A DNA stretch of 64,000 bases. Source: Geobacteraceae bacterium. GTDB taxonomy: Bacteria > Desulfobacterota > Desulfuromonadia > Geobacterales > Pseudopelobacteraceae. Both the position numbers and the translations under genes were made by a program. Below the pieces are notes generated by a model that was not told the origin of the DNA, made no database searches, and saw only the letters and a program-made list of their open reading frames with translations. The stretch lies in assembly GCA_025355965.1 (NCBI GenBank), contig JANXYR010000075.1:6712-70711 (forward strand). Reading direction: 5' to 3'. Of the stretch, positions 54,901 through 64,000 are shown in pieces (positions within the stretch are counted from its first letter, which is position 1; every line of letters starts with the position of its first letter).

Positions 54901-55539
54901 CATGATAAGCGGCTCAATAGGTGTTTCGGTAGCTTGCGGGATGACTTTCAGATCAGGATTTTGAAAATGGCCTACAAACGGCTTGGCCAATTTTTCAGGT
55001 GTATAGCTTTTTGCAACAAGGTGCTCAATAAATTCATCCGGTTGAGACAGAATTCGCGATCGCCAAAAATCATCGCACACCTGTTTGACGATAGCACTCT
55101 GGTCGCTGATCATGTCGCTGCCGAAAAGGGAGCCGCTCTCAAAAGTGTTTTCCAGCAGCGCCCGTTGGCAAAAGCCATGAATAGTGAAGATCGCGGCATC
55201 GTCAAATGAATAAAGTGCCCTCGTCAGCAGCTTTGTGGCTCGTAAGCTATTTTGAGGGCGTGTAGACATGAGCAGTCGCTCAAGATCGTCATCGGCCGGT
55301 TCACGACCGCTGGAGTACAGGTCAAGAGTTGCTGATATCCGGCGCCTGATTCGTTCTCGTAACTCAGCTGTGGCTGCTTTGGTGTAGGTTACCACAAGAA
55401 TCTGCTCCGGGCGCAACTCCTTCTCAAGCAGCAGCAGAATGTAGAGTGCAGCAATTGTCCAGGTTTTACCGGTACCGGCACTGGCTTCAATCAGGTTAAG
55501 ACCGGAGATGTTTATGGATGCGAGATTGAGGGGATTCAT
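51961..55539 (-). CDS. recB: RecB-like UvrD-family helicase + PD-(D/E)xK nuclease
   Basis: N-terminus LIEASAGTGKTWTIAALYILLLL and VVTYTKAATAELRERI are RecB-like. C-terminal nuclease motif GFIDLVF...YILDWKSN. Confidence 0.85.
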   Translation of the reverse strand: MNPLNLASINISGLNLIEASAGTGKTWTIAALYILLLLEKELRPEQILVVTYTKAATAELRERIRRRISATLDLYSSGREPADDDLERLLMSTRPQNSLRATKLLTRALYSFDDAAIFTIHGFCQRALLENTFESGSLFGSDMISDQSAIVKQVCDDFWRSRILSQPDEFIEHLVAKSYTPEKLAKPFVGHFQNPDLKVIPQATETPIEPLIMERDILYAQACAIWSSHRSEIISQIEQARLNQQSYKPSQIEDAANSFDSWAECGNAALPNNKLDFFSAEKIASKTTKASLLIPDHPFFAICLQLSKVTTSIEQAFQNQIIFCQQDLKKWLEQELSQRKKQLNQRAFDDLLLDLHLALESVSGAALAERLRQRYSAAMIDEFQDTDPLQWNIFKRIGAEQDYPLFLIGDPKQAIYSFRGADVFAYLNAGRNVTTKNVHTLGINFRSDAALVKAVTTLFAVSSDPFMCKEIPFHPVESGRSANDQLLIAGLPDKQPLKIWVYPRNDESKFEVKPVATRNIVMAVAGEIARLLEPGSVTISVSGQTHPLKPGDIAVLVKAHKQADQVQKALLALGIPSVQQGSSTIFETPEALDLLRILRAAAEPHRETLLREALLTASMGLSANQISSYVESSGDHPEWETWLLRFRNLHSAAVSGGIVAFVSRLLGSCGVRASVLARVGGERCLTNILHCSELLHQIELEQGKNLAGLITWLERRIGGTSKDETALLRLETDNDSVMISTIHASKGLQYPVVFVPFAWDVQSAKADRALFHNDNGELILDLAGGEENLHRTAVEREAEATRLLYVALTRAEFRCYTVWGGINGAVDSPLYQLLRGESTIKDNRKFSALSDMAILDDVKLLSASGDTGIYAGIMPLDAPAAGYHANETADSPYSCRTLGQPPRDDWHVASFSSMTSGAAHVFEPHDHDSIPDVITASQPEIEQISSGLTIFDFPRGAKAGTCLHEVFELLDFAQLNSRYITDILRSSLASNGFHEQWLPAVSKMVADVTSARIISDHPDFSLSQLIKGDWQTEMEFYLPIRQLAPDILYSLFEGILDGATFGDYYDMLSRLSFRQSRGMLQGFIDLVFTHNGRFYILDWKSNHLGMKASDYNQDKMHESMCRSAYILQYHLYTLALDRLLKVRLPGYSYEKHFGGVIYLYLRGVSAASAMSGIYFDRPLPKFIRRASEILLD

Positions 55540-55565
55540 GATGTTTTTATAGTGATGGGAAGGGA

Positions 55566-55603
55566 CTCTCCTCCTTTCTTATCAAGCAGAGAAAGGAGGA
55601 GAG
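55566..55603 (-). other. 14-bp perfect hairpin between the Tim44-like gene and recB
   Basis: ctctcctcctttct (55566-55579) / agaaaggaggagag (55590-55603). No U-run follows on the minus strand. It contains AGGAGG-like sequence about 30 nt upstream of the recB ATG. Confidence 0.5.
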
Positions 55604-55613
55604 CATTCATGAT

Positions 55614-56543
55614 CTACTTCTGATCAATTGCGGTCAGTTTCCATGGATTGTTGCCGACCGGACGCGTAAAGGTCCAATATTCCTCGAATTTTACCGGGTC
55701 ACTCTTGCTGCCGGATAATACGGAACCGGTTTCATCCGTAGTGTAGTCAAGCAGGTTGGCATAAATAAGGGTATTGATGTAATCCTGACCTGATTCCTGC
55801 CATGCTTCAACAATTTCAACTTTCCTGACGGCAATATTCTCCAGTCTGTTAATCTGTTTATCCCTGATCAACTTATCAAGATCCGACTGAAAAACGCGGC
55901 GCATCTCGTCAGTCAGAATAGCGGTCACAGGAGCAAGGTCTCGGTTCATCCAAGCGCCCTGAATCTTGAAAAAATTATCCATAACAAGATCGTTGTAACG
56001 GTTTTCGTCAAATGATGAGTCAAATTGACGGATATGAGCCAGACCGGTTTCAACGTCCTCTGTTTCTGGTATAGACTGTTGATACCCTTGGGAAATCGGG
56101 GTTACATTCCCGCCTTGGTATGGAAAGGTGTTTGTTGGGTTTTCTTCTCTTTTTTTCTTGATATAGCGATAGATGAGGTAACCGATACCGGCAAGCAGTA
56201 TAATTTCAAACAGTCCGATGCCGCCACCACCCATGCCACCACCCATACCGCTGAAGCCGAGGCTTCTGAACAGCATTCCGCCAAGCAAACCTCCAGCTAT
56301 ACCACCGGCCATACTTCTCATGAATCCACCGGCTGCCGGTTGTTGAAACGTGGGGGAGGGCGCTGCCTGCTGAGGAGTCGAAGGCCTTGGGCTAACGGGG
56401 CGAGAATAGCTGCGTGAACCGCTACTCCCCATGGAGCGGCTTCCACCGCCTGCCCTGGCATGGGCTTCGAATTCCAGAACAGTTACAGAAAAAAATAAAA
56501 CGGCAGTCAATAATGTAAAAACTTTAAGAGCGTGCTTCTTCAT
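55614..56543 (-). CDS. Tim44-like domain protein with signal/TM segment and Gly-rich linker
   Basis: N-terminal hydrophobic leader, GGMGGGGIG region, TM helix, then a C-terminal domain (FDENRYNDLVMDNFFKIQGAWMNRD...WTFTR) typical of bacterial Tim44-like proteins. Confidence 0.7.
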   Translation of the reverse strand: MKKHALKVFTLLTAVLFFSVTVLEFEAHARAGGGSRSMGSSGSRSYSRPVSPRPSTPQQAAPSPTFQQPAAGGFMRSMAGGIAGGLLGGMLFRSLGFSGMGGGMGGGGIGLFEIILLAGIGYLIYRYIKKKREENPTNTFPYQGGNVTPISQGYQQSIPETEDVETGLAHIRQFDSSFDENRYNDLVMDNFFKIQGAWMNRDLAPVTAILTDEMRRVFQSDLDKLIRDKQINRLENIAVRKVEIVEAWQESGQDYINTLIYANLLDYTTDETGSVLSGSKSDPVKFEEYWTFTRPVGNNPWKLTAIDQK

Positions 56544-56643
56544 TTGTGCGACTCCTTGTATTTTGAATATAAGCGTGAACAGATGGTCATCAGAATATAG
56601 TGGCAGAGTACACGAAAATCAAGGCATGCAGAATGTTTTTGTC

Positions 56644-57750
56644 TTACTTGCCAAGTTTTGCCCGGATAGCCTCTACTACATAATACGCATCATTAATGGC
56701 AGTGTAGATAAGGTTAGGATGCTTTTCCTCTGCGATGGATCCTTCGCTGATCTTCATATAGGAGGGGGAAATGGCGCCGCCGATAACATATACACCTTTA
56801 CGGGTGGATTCGAACTCTGATGAAAGCAGCACTAGGCGCTCACCCTCTTTGGCTATCTTGCAGACGCCAGAGGTGCAGGCAATGCTCTGGATATTCAGCT
56901 TGTCGAAGATCGGAACCGGCCCCTGTGATCCGATACAGGCAATGACATTTTGCATCGGAAAACTTAAGGCATGGTACAGGTCGATGCCATCGGGTTGTTT
57001 GAATTCATTTATCCGGATAACAAGTCGGTCCACCCCTTCATCATCGACTTCGCCGATACGCGGTGTCGCTCCTGGATAAAGTCTGATGTTTCCACCCAGC
57101 AGGATCTCTTCTCCCAGACGCTGGGCGGTCTCTTTGTTAACGTCAAAGGTTTCCGCCTTATGCGCCCAGTAGACCGGATTGGTGTCTCCGGCTTCGCGCT
57201 TGGCCTTTAGAATATTGATAATTACATCAGCCGCCGTATTGCCGCCGCCGATTATCAAAGTTTTTATGCCTATATATTTGCTTGGATCGTCAACATTTTT
57301 GGCGACCATTCTTGCATCACCATAAACTGAGAGTTCACGTGGAATGTTGCTGCCGAAGGAAAGTACAACTTTCTTTCCTTTAAAACTTCCTTTAGATGTA
57401 ATTACTGTCAGGCCATCCCTTTCGTCCTTGATGTCTTCAAAATCCACTTCCGTTTGAATATTCAGATTTTCATGCTGAACAAAATGCTGAACATACTGCA
57501 GATAGCTTTCCACCGTTACAGGTTTGTCAGGTGGGCGTAACTCATCCACCATAAATGGCTCTGGAGCATCCTTTGGTTTTGAGGCATATACCAGTTTCCC
57601 CTCCGGATATGTATTTGCGATCCCCTGAAAAATAGCTTTTCCGGATTCAAGAACCAGGTACGAAAGGCCATGTTTATGGCATAGATAAGCGGTGGAGAGG
57701 CCCGCTGGGCCACCTCCAATTATTAGAACATCATAGTTACTGGTTTTCAT
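56644..57750 (-). CDS. FAD/NAD(P)-dependent pyridine-nucleotide-disulfide-oxidoreductase-family protein
   Basis: Start moved to ATG 57750 (MKTSNYDVLIIGGGPAGLS, AAGGA RBS). Second dinucleotide fold at LIIGGGNTAAD. Confidence 0.8.
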   Translation of the reverse strand: MKTSNYDVLIIGGGPAGLSTAYLCHKHGLSYLVLESGKAIFQGIANTYPEGKLVYASKPKDAPEPFMVDELRPPDKPVTVESYLQYVQHFVQHENLNIQTEVDFEDIKDERDGLTVITSKGSFKGKKVVLSFGSNIPRELSVYGDARMVAKNVDDPSKYIGIKTLIIGGGNTAADVIINILKAKREAGDTNPVYWAHKAETFDVNKETAQRLGEEILLGGNIRLYPGATPRIGEVDDEGVDRLVIRINEFKQPDGIDLYHALSFPMQNVIACIGSQGPVPIFDKLNIQSIACTSGVCKIAKEGERLVLLSSEFESTRKGVYVIGGAISPSYMKISEGSIAEEKHPNLIYTAINDAYYVVEAIRAKLGK

Positions 57751-57897
57751 ATAATATATCCTTGTTTTTTCATAACGATAATAATCACTAAAAAATTTAT
57801 AACATAGATCATGCAAAAAAATATAGTGGCAAGGGGGCTTGCCATATGCGCCAAATGAGCTATTATTATGATAACACATTTAAAAGGGAGGTCATTT

Positions 57898-58239
57898 ATG
57901 GAAGACAGGGATAAAAAAATAACCGCTGCGGCTTTGTTGGTATTAGCAGGTGGGGTTATCGGAGCTGGCCTTGCACTGCTGTTTGCCCCTCAGTCAGGGG
58001 ATCGAACAAGAAAAGACATTCTTCGCTACTCAAAAAAAGCTCGTAACCGAGCCGATGGGGTAGTGGATGATCTGGCTGACAATGTGTCGAATCTGGTAGA
58101 AACAATTGGTGAGAAGACCGATGAACTTCTGGAAAAGGGTAAGGATGTGGCAGGCGGTGCCCGTAAAGACCTGATCCGGTTGATAGAGGAGGGTGCCTCT
58201 AAGCTTGAAAAGTTCAGGACAATGCTAAGTAGAATGTAA
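57898..58239 (+). CDS. YtxH-domain protein
   Basis: Start at ATG 57898 with GGGAGG RBS. GAGLALLFAPQSGDRTRKDI is the YtxH signature. Confidence 0.7.
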   Translation: MEDRDKKITAAALLVLAGGVIGAGLALLFAPQSGDRTRKDILRYSKKARNRADGVVDDLADNVSNLVETIGEKTDELLEKGKDVAGGARKDLIRLIEEGASKLEKFRTMLSRM

Positions 58240-58256
58240 AGTTTACATACGACGTG

Positions 58257-58291
58257 AAAGCCGGCGACTTTATACATAGGTTGCCGGTTTT
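58257..58291 (+). terminator. Terminator after the YtxH gene
   Basis: AAAGCCGGCGAC (58257-58268) / GTTGCCGGTTTT (58280-58291): a 12-bp stem with two G-U pairs, ending in a T-run. Confidence 0.55.
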
Positions 58292-58292
58292 G

Positions 58293-58979
58293 TCACTGCT
58301 TAATGGTTATGCAACTCTTCCCGTGTTCCGGGATAAGTTTGTTGAAGTAGTCTATTGTAGGAAAATGATCTGATTGGCGCGGTTCAACCTTTGAACTGTA
58401 GCGACTGATATAGATCAGATAACGAATCGAAAAACTTTCTGCTGTTGTCAGGTTGGTCTCACTGTCCTCACCTAGCAGTGTCCGCTCCGGATCGTAGCTG
58501 ATAAAACCCTGCAATTTCCTCCAGAAATTAACATCTTCCTTTGGTAGTCCGACCTGATGGGCGGAAATAATGCCGTCAAAATAACTACCTATTCTGGTAT
58601 TTTTCATCTTTAAGTCCAGCGTTTTAGAGTGGGCATTGGTGACCAACCAGACAGCTTTACCGGCATGTTTCAAAAATAGCAAAAATTCAATAACATAGGG
58701 ATGCACGGCGATCAGGTGCTCAATTTCCTGCTTTAGAACAGGGATATCAAGTTTAAGGCGATCTGACCAGTAATCAAGGTCGGTCCAGTTGAGTGTGTTC
58801 TCCTGACTGCGAAACAGGTTGTACAGGTGTTCTTTTGCGTATTCAATGGTTGTGTTATTGCGCTGGGACCAGCGTTTTGGAACATGTTCCAGCCAGAAGT
58901 GATCGTCAAAATGGCGGTCAAGGATGGTTCCATCCATATCCAGAAGTACGGTGTCTATGTCGTTCCAGTCGATAATCAT
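58293..58979 (-). CDS. HAD-superfamily hydrolase (YrfG-like nucleotidase)
   Basis: DTVLLDMDGTILDRHFDDHFW, the DxDGT motif I. The N-terminal region resembles E. coli YrfG as I remember it. Confidence 0.75.
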   Translation of the reverse strand: MIIDWNDIDTVLLDMDGTILDRHFDDHFWLEHVPKRWSQRNNTTIEYAKEHLYNLFRSQENTLNWTDLDYWSDRLKLDIPVLKQEIEHLIAVHPYVIEFLLFLKHAGKAVWLVTNAHSKTLDLKMKNTRIGSYFDGIISAHQVGLPKEDVNFWRKLQGFISYDPERTLLGEDSETNLTTAESFSIRYLIYISRYSSKVEPRQSDHFPTIDYFNKLIPEHGKSCITIKQ

Positions 58980-59136
58980 GGGTAGAGTCCACTTTCAGTG
59001 TTAAGATCTTATACCGTTCCGACAATACGTAACGGAACTGTATTTTGTCAAGTTACGGAAATAGAGGTGACTCAGTCTTCAAAAGCCAATTCATTTGACT
59101 TTAAAGATACTTGTCACGTATAAAGTACGATCGACT

Positions 59137-60450
59137 ATGATTGATAAACTCCTTTATATGGAAACCTTTGGCTGCCAGATGAATGTGAACGATTCCGAAC
59201 GGATAGTTACGATGCTGGCTGACCTTGGTTATGCCTCTACCAACGATCCTGCATCAGCCGATATGATCCTACTCAATACCTGCAGTGTACGTGGTGGGGC
59301 AGAGGAAAAGGTCTATAGGCGGCTCGCAAATCTGCGGATCTACAAGCGGGACGGCAAAAAACAGATTATTGCGGTCGGTGGCTGTGTGGCTCAACAGGAA
59401 GGGGATGAGCTTCTCCGTAAACTTCCCTACCTTGATCTTGTGATCGGCACTCACAATCTGCACCTGCTGCCGGATATGGTGCGTGGTGCCGAATGTGGTG
59501 AGCGCCGCTCAGAGACGACCTTTATCGATAACGACCAGCGTCTGGACCTGTTTCCCTCGATCAAGGGGGAATCGCGGCTGTCGCGGTTTGTGACGGTCAT
59601 GCAGGGGTGTGATAACTTCTGTTCGTACTGCATCGTTCCTTATGTGCGTGGCCGGGAGATCAGCCGCCGCTCTGCGGATATCCTGTCGGAAGTAAGGCAG
59701 CTTGCGGATGAAGGCGTCAGAGAAGTTATTCTACTTGGGCAGAATGTCAACTCTTACGGACTTAAAACTGATAGTGAACCAACCTTTGCTGAACTGATCA
59801 GACAGGTTGCCAAAATTGACGGCATCGATCGTATTCGTTTTACAACCTCGCACCCCAAGGATATGTCGGATGAGCTGATCGCCTGTTTCGGTGATGTTTC
59901 GAAATTGAGCGGACAGATTCACCTGCCTGCGCAATCGGGCAGCGATGCTGTCTTGCGCTTGATGGGGCGCGGGTATACCCGTGGCTCTTATCTGGATAAG
60001 GTTCGCAAGCTCAAAGCAATTCGCCCCGATATCGTTTTTACCGGCGATATTATAGTCGGTTTTCCCGGCGAAACTGATGCTGACTTTGAACAGACAATCT
60101 CCCTGATGGAAGAGGTTCGTTATATCGATCTCTTTTCATTTGTTTATTCGCCGCGACCAGGTACCAAAGCGGCGGAGCTTAGTGACGATCTTTCGCGTGC
60201 GGTAAAAATGGCTCGTCTTGATCGTTTAATGGAGCTTCAGCGTCGCCATACCGGTGAGATCAGCCTCCCTTATGTCGGCAGCGTTATGACCGTGCTGGTT
60301 GAAGGAGAAGGGAAACTTTCCGGACAGGTTTCCGGCAAGGGCGATGTCGGACGCATAGTCAATTTTGTCGGCAGTAGTTCACTGATCGGCAGTTTTGTAG
60401 ATGTCAAAATTATCAAGGCATACCCGAATTCGTTCCTGGGCGAGCTATGA
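59137..60450 (+). CDS. miaB: tRNA-i6A37 methylthiotransferase MiaB
   Basis: METFGCQMNVNDSE, the radical-SAM motif CDNFCSYCIVP, and a C-terminal TRAM domain. Start taken at ATG 59137. The ORF-track TTG at 59095 is less likely. Confidence 0.9.
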   Translation: MIDKLLYMETFGCQMNVNDSERIVTMLADLGYASTNDPASADMILLNTCSVRGGAEEKVYRRLANLRIYKRDGKKQIIAVGGCVAQQEGDELLRKLPYLDLVIGTHNLHLLPDMVRGAECGERRSETTFIDNDQRLDLFPSIKGESRLSRFVTVMQGCDNFCSYCIVPYVRGREISRRSADILSEVRQLADEGVREVILLGQNVNSYGLKTDSEPTFAELIRQVAKIDGIDRIRFTTSHPKDMSDELIACFGDVSKLSGQIHLPAQSGSDAVLRLMGRGYTRGSYLDKVRKLKAIRPDIVFTGDIIVGFPGETDADFEQTISLMEEVRYIDLFSFVYSPRPGTKAAELSDDLSRAVKMARLDRLMELQRRHTGEISLPYVGSVMTVLVEGEGKLSGQVSGKGDVGRIVNFVGSSSLIGSFVDVKIIKAYPNSFLGEL

Positions 60451-60471
60451 AACATATATTCAGAGGTTATC

Positions 60472-62154
60472 ATGACCAGTGTTGAACAAGTTGCACCTAC
60501 AGCCAATAATTTTCTAAAAACCATAATTGACGAAGATCTGAAGAGCGGCAAGCACAGCAGCATCGTGACCCGTTTTCCACCAGAACCGAATGGCTATCTT
60601 CATATCGGGCATGCCAAGTCGATCTGCATCAACTTCGGTCTGGCTCGTGATTTCGGCGGTCGTTGTCACCTCCGCTTTGATGACACCAACCCGGCCAAGG
60701 AAGAGCTGGAGTACATTGATTCCATCAAGGAAAGTGTACTCTGGCTTGGCTTTGATTGGGGTGAGCATCTTTATTTTGCTTCGGATAACTTTGAACAGCT
60801 GTACCAGTGGGCGGTTTTCCTCATTAAAGATGGAAAAGCGTACGTCGAAGATTTGAATGCCGAGCAGATTCGCGCACATCGCGGTACATTGACCGAGCCG
60901 GGAACTGAAAGCCCGTATCGCAACCGTTCAGTTGAAGAAAACCTTGATCTGTTCAGCCGCATGCGTACAGGAGAGTTTCCGGATGGGACTCGCGTGCTGC
61001 GTGCCAAGATCGATATGGCCTCGCCCAATATCAGTCTGCGTGATCCGGTACTTTACCGAATTCTCCATACTCCTCACCCTCATGTCGGTGACGCCTGGAA
61101 GATCTACCCGATGTATGACTTTGCTCATGGTCAGACCGATGCCATAGAGGGTATCACGCACTCGATATGCACTCTTGAGTTTGAATCCCACAAGCCTCTT
61201 TACGAATGGTTTCTGGATAACCTGCCTGTACCGTCGCGCCCTCGTCAGTATGAATTTGCCCGGTTGAATCTGACCTACACGGTGATGAGCAAGCGGAAAC
61301 TGCAGGAACTGGTACAGCTTGGCACTGTTAGCGGCTGGGACGACCCTCGTATGCCTACCTTGGCCGGGATTAAGCGGCGCGGCTATACTCCGGCTGCGGT
61401 ACGGGCCTTTTGTGAGCAGATTGGCGTTGGCCGTAGTGATTCCTGGATCGATGTATCCATTCTGGAAGAGTGCGTCCGCACTGATCTGAATGAATCGGCG
61501 CCTCGAACCATGGCGGTTTTACGGCCTATCAAATTGGTAATAGATAATTATCCGGCTGACCTGACCGAAGAGTTGCAGGCTGCCAATCACCCGCAAAAAC
61601 CGGAGATGGGGAGTCGTACAATTTATTTCAACCGTGAGATCTGGATTGATGCCGAAGATTTCATGGAGGTGCCGAGCAAAGGTTTCCATCGTCTGACTGT
61701 CGGCGGTGAAGTTAAGTTGCGTGCCGGCTATATTGTAAAATGTACTGGCGTCGTCAAAGATGCCCAAGGTGCCGTTGTGGAGCTCCATGGCGAGTACGAC
61801 CCTGCATCCCGCGAAGGAATACACACAGCCGACGGCCGAAAAGTCAAAGGGGTCATTCACTGGGTTTCAGCCGCTCACGCCGTGACCGTTGAAGTACGTC
61901 TATTTGATAGACTCTTCAGCGACCCTAACCCGGACCGAGGCGGGGTTGACTACAAGCAGTTTCTGAATGCAGGTTCGATTGAAACGCTTTCTGACTGCAA
62001 GATTGAAGCTACTCTGGCTGGAGCAAATGTTGAAACCCGCTATCAATTTGAACGCATGGGCTATTTCCGTCAGGATCCAAAAGATTCATTCCCCGGTAAG
62101 CTTGTGTTCAACCGGATAGTGACATTGCGGGATGCATGGATAACAAAGAAGTAA
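60472..62154 (+). CDS. glnS: Glutaminyl-tRNA synthetase
   Basis: [18 protein letters not shown] (HIGH) and VMSKRKL (KMSKS). 560 aa. Confidence 0.95.
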   Translation: MTSVEQVAPTANNFLKTIIDEDLKSGKHSSIVTRFPPEPNGYLHIGHAKSICINFGLARDFGGRCHLRFDDTNPAKEELEYIDSIKESVLWLGFDWGEHLYFASDNFEQLYQWAVFLIKDGKAYVEDLNAEQIRAHRGTLTEPGTESPYRNRSVEENLDLFSRMRTGEFPDGTRVLRAKIDMASPNISLRDPVLYRILHTPHPHVGDAWKIYPMYDFAHGQTDAIEGITHSICTLEFESHKPLYEWFLDNLPVPSRPRQYEFARLNLTYTVMSKRKLQELVQLGTVSGWDDPRMPTLAGIKRRGYTPAAVRAFCEQIGVGRSDSWIDVSILEECVRTDLNESAPRTMAVLRPIKLVIDNYPADLTEELQAANHPQKPEMGSRTIYFNREIWIDAEDFMEVPSKGFHRLTVGGEVKLRAGYIVKCTGVVKDAQGAVVELHGEYDPASREGIHTADGRKVKGVIHWVSAAHAVTVEVRLFDRLFSDPNPDRGGVDYKQFLNAGSIETLSDCKIEATLAGANVETRYQFERMGYFRQDPKDSFPGKLVFNRIVTLRDAWITKK

Positions 62155-62180
62155 ATAATGAGGGAGCGGTACATAACTAC

Positions 62181-63071
62181 ATGAATAATAAAAAATTTAC
62201 ATCAGGATTTGTCTCAATTATTGGTCGTCCGAATGTTGGCAAATCAACACTCCTGAACGCTATTATCGGCGAAAAAATTGTCATTACATCTGACAAACCC
62301 CAGACTACGCGCAACAGGATTCAGGGAATTCATAATATCCCCGGCGGTCAGATCGTTTTCATCGATACGCCTGGTATCCATGCCGGACGTTCGCGTCTGA
62401 ACAAAAGTATGGTTGATGTTGCTCGTTCGGCCATCAGTGGGGTCGATCTCCTGATGTTGGTTGTTGAAGCCACGACTGCTGCCGACCCCGCCTTTATTCA
62501 AGATGTCCTCGGCAAGGTGAAGATTCCGGTTGTGCTTGTTATCAACAAGATCGATCTGCTTTCCGACAAGAACCAGATGCTGAAGAAAATTACCGATTGG
62601 GCTGCGCTGCATCCGTTCAAAGAAATTGTTCCAGTATCGGCAGGTCGCAATGACGGAGTTGATCATCTGGTTTCTGTAGTCAGCGGCTACCTTCCTGAAG
62701 GACCGGCAATGTTTCCGGATGACATACTGACCGATATGCCGGAAAAGTTTATCGTGGCGGAGATGATCCGCGAAAAAGTTTTCCGTCTGACGCGGGACGA
62801 AGTGCCGTATTCAACTGCGGTTGTTGTAGAAAGTTTTATTGAGCGGGAAAATGGTGTAATCGCCATTGCAGCTGCCATCATGATCGAACGTGACACCCAA
62901 AAGGGAATCATCATCGGCTCCAAGGGGGAGATGCTCAAAAAAATAGGCACTCAGGCCCGCCAGGATATCGAGCGTTTGCTTGATACCAAAATATATCTGG
63001 AACTGTTCGTTAAAGTAGTTGAAAACTGGAGCGAGCGGCCGTCTAAATTGAGAGAACTGGGATACGAATGA
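62181..63071 (+). CDS. era: GTPase Era
   Basis: [26 protein letters not shown] and a C-terminal KH domain. Start taken at ATG 62181 (MNNKKF). Confidence 0.9.
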   Translation: MNNKKFTSGFVSIIGRPNVGKSTLLNAIIGEKIVITSDKPQTTRNRIQGIHNIPGGQIVFIDTPGIHAGRSRLNKSMVDVARSAISGVDLLMLVVEATTAADPAFIQDVLGKVKIPVVLVINKIDLLSDKNQMLKKITDWAALHPFKEIVPVSAGRNDGVDHLVSVVSGYLPEGPAMFPDDILTDMPEKFIVAEMIREKVFRLTRDEVPYSTAVVVESFIERENGVIAIAAAIMIERDTQKGIIIGSKGEMLKKIGTQARQDIERLLDTKIYLELFVKVVENWSERPSKLRELGYE

Positions 63072-64000
63072 AACCTTTAGTAGCTATTGTAGGCCGTCCC
63101 AATGTGGGTAAATCAACCCTTTTTAATCGTCTCCTTGGTCATCGTCGCGCTATTGTAGATGACACCCCTGGAGTTACTCGTGACCGCAACTATGCCAATA
63201 TTACCCGATTTGAAAAGCCGTTTATACTTGTCGATACCGGTGGATTTGAACCGGTAACTGAAAATCGTTTATTGCAGCAGATGCGCGAACAATCAAAATT
63301 AGCCATCGAAGAGGCGGATGTCATCATTTTTATGATGGATGCCAGAAGTGGCCTGACTCCAGCGGACACCGAAGTCGCCGAGATGTTGCGGCGCGTGAAA
63401 AAACCGGTATTTTATGTCGTCAATAAGGTCGATGGTGAAAAACTGGAAAATGACTCGGCAGAATTTTATTCTCTCGGAATCGGCGAGCTGTACACTATTT
63501 CTGCTGAACATAATCGGGGGGTTATCGACCTGGTTGAACACATTATGGATGTTTTTCCACCGGCGGATGTTGCCGATCCGGAAGAGAATATAACTCGTAT
63601 CGCCGTGGTGGGGCGGCCTAATGTTGGCAAGTCCTCGCTGGTTAACCGTCTTCTCGGCTTTGAGAGGGTTGTAGCAAATCCGACCGCCGGCACGACCCGC
63701 GATTCTGTCGATACTCCATTTACCTGTAACAAAAAGCCGTATGTTCTGATCGACACCGCCGGTATTCGCCGCAAGGGGAAAACCACTGAAAAACTTGAAA
63801 AGTACAGCGTCTGTGATGCCCTGCGTAGTATCGAACGTGCCGATGTTGTGCTGATGGTGATCGATGCCGATGAAGGGGTGACTGAACAGGATGAGCGTAT
63901 TTCCGGGTATATACATGAAGCCGGCAAGGGATGCGTCTTTGTCGTAAACAAGTGGGATCTTCTCGATAAGGACAATGCCACGTTCAAAACCTATACAGAA
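63068..64000 (+). CDS. der: GTPase Der (EngA), C-terminus cut by the window edge
   Basis: Absent from the ORF track because there is no stop codon. ATG 63068 overlaps the era stop (ATGA). My translation is open to nt 64000: [22 protein letters not shown]...DTGG...NKVD...[19 protein letters not shown]...DTAGIRR...NKWD, i.e. two tandem G-domains. Confidence 0.9.
   Translation, partial: MKPLVAIVGRPNVGKSTLFNRLLGHRRAIVDDTPGVTRDRNYANITRFEKPFILVDTGGFEPVTENRLLQQMREQSKLAIEEADVIIFMMDARSGLTPADTEVAEMLRRVKKPVFYVVNKVDGEKLENDSAEFYSLGIGELYTISAEHNRGVIDLVEHIMDVFPPADVADPEENITRIAVVGRPNVGKSSLVNRLLGFERVVANPTAGTTRDSVDTPFTCNKKPYVLIDTAGIRRKGKTTEKLEKYSVCDALRSIERADVVLMVIDADEGVTEQDERISGYIHEAGKGCVFVVNKWDLLDKDNATFKTYTE

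Noticed and set aside
1-64000. Search for rRNA, tRNA, CRISPR arrays, riboswitches (for example upstream of metF, the Mo-enzyme operon and the aminotransferase gene) and IS elements.
   Set aside because: I found no regularly spaced direct repeats, no cloverleaf-like GC-rich segments in intergenic regions, and no conserved riboswitch cores that I could recognise by eye. Absence is by visual inspection only and should be confirmed with Infernal/Rfam and tRNAscan.

Overview
All names below come from motif and domain recognition by eye; I ran no database search. The window looks like a 64-kb chromosomal segment from a Desulfuromonadales-like (Geobacter/Desulfuromonas/Pelobacter-type) deltaproteobacterium, but that taxon is inferred from gene content and protein style only.

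The dominant feature is a 20-kb minus-strand operon (1869-21901). It fuses a Pfa-type polyunsaturated fatty-acid synthase (pfaD-pfaA-pfaC), the head-to-head olefin pathway oleABCD and an Sfp-type phosphopantetheinyl transferase. All eight ORFs overlap their neighbours at the junctions.

The rest is mostly core genome:
- Stress: htpG, clpB.
- Iron: fur-feoB, a Cys-rich ORF and a DtxR/FeoA-type gene.
- A Tat-exported IorAB-type molybdoenzyme with XdhC, MocA-like and pirin genes.
- Housekeeping: metF, rsmD-coaD, miaB-glnS-era-der, and a recB-like helicase-nuclease.
- c-di-GMP-related genes: DUF4388-HDOD, a HEAT-repeat protein plus HD-GYP pair, and PilZ.

A small AT-richer accessory patch lies at about 38.1-41.8 kb. 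It carries:
- a transglutaminase-like gene;
- a RHH antitoxin / RelE-like toxin pair, whose toxin frame breaks exactly at an A-AAA-AAG heptamer;
- a split HEPN-like ORF pair flanked by small membrane proteins;
- a 17-bp perfect inverted repeat.

Other points worth a second look:
- a REP-like palindrome sits in frame inside pfaC, with a near-identical copy acting as the fur terminator;
- PfaA has three tandem ACP repeats;
- the HEAT and HD-GYP proteins share a paralogous N-terminal domain;
- the PilZ domain has its c-di-GMP motifs split by about 94 aa.

I saw no rRNA, tRNA, CRISPR array, transposase or integrase. Two genes run off the window edges: the histidine kinase at the 5' end, and der at the 3' end, which is absent from the ORF track. 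Several ORF-track starts are over-extended and are corrected in the features.
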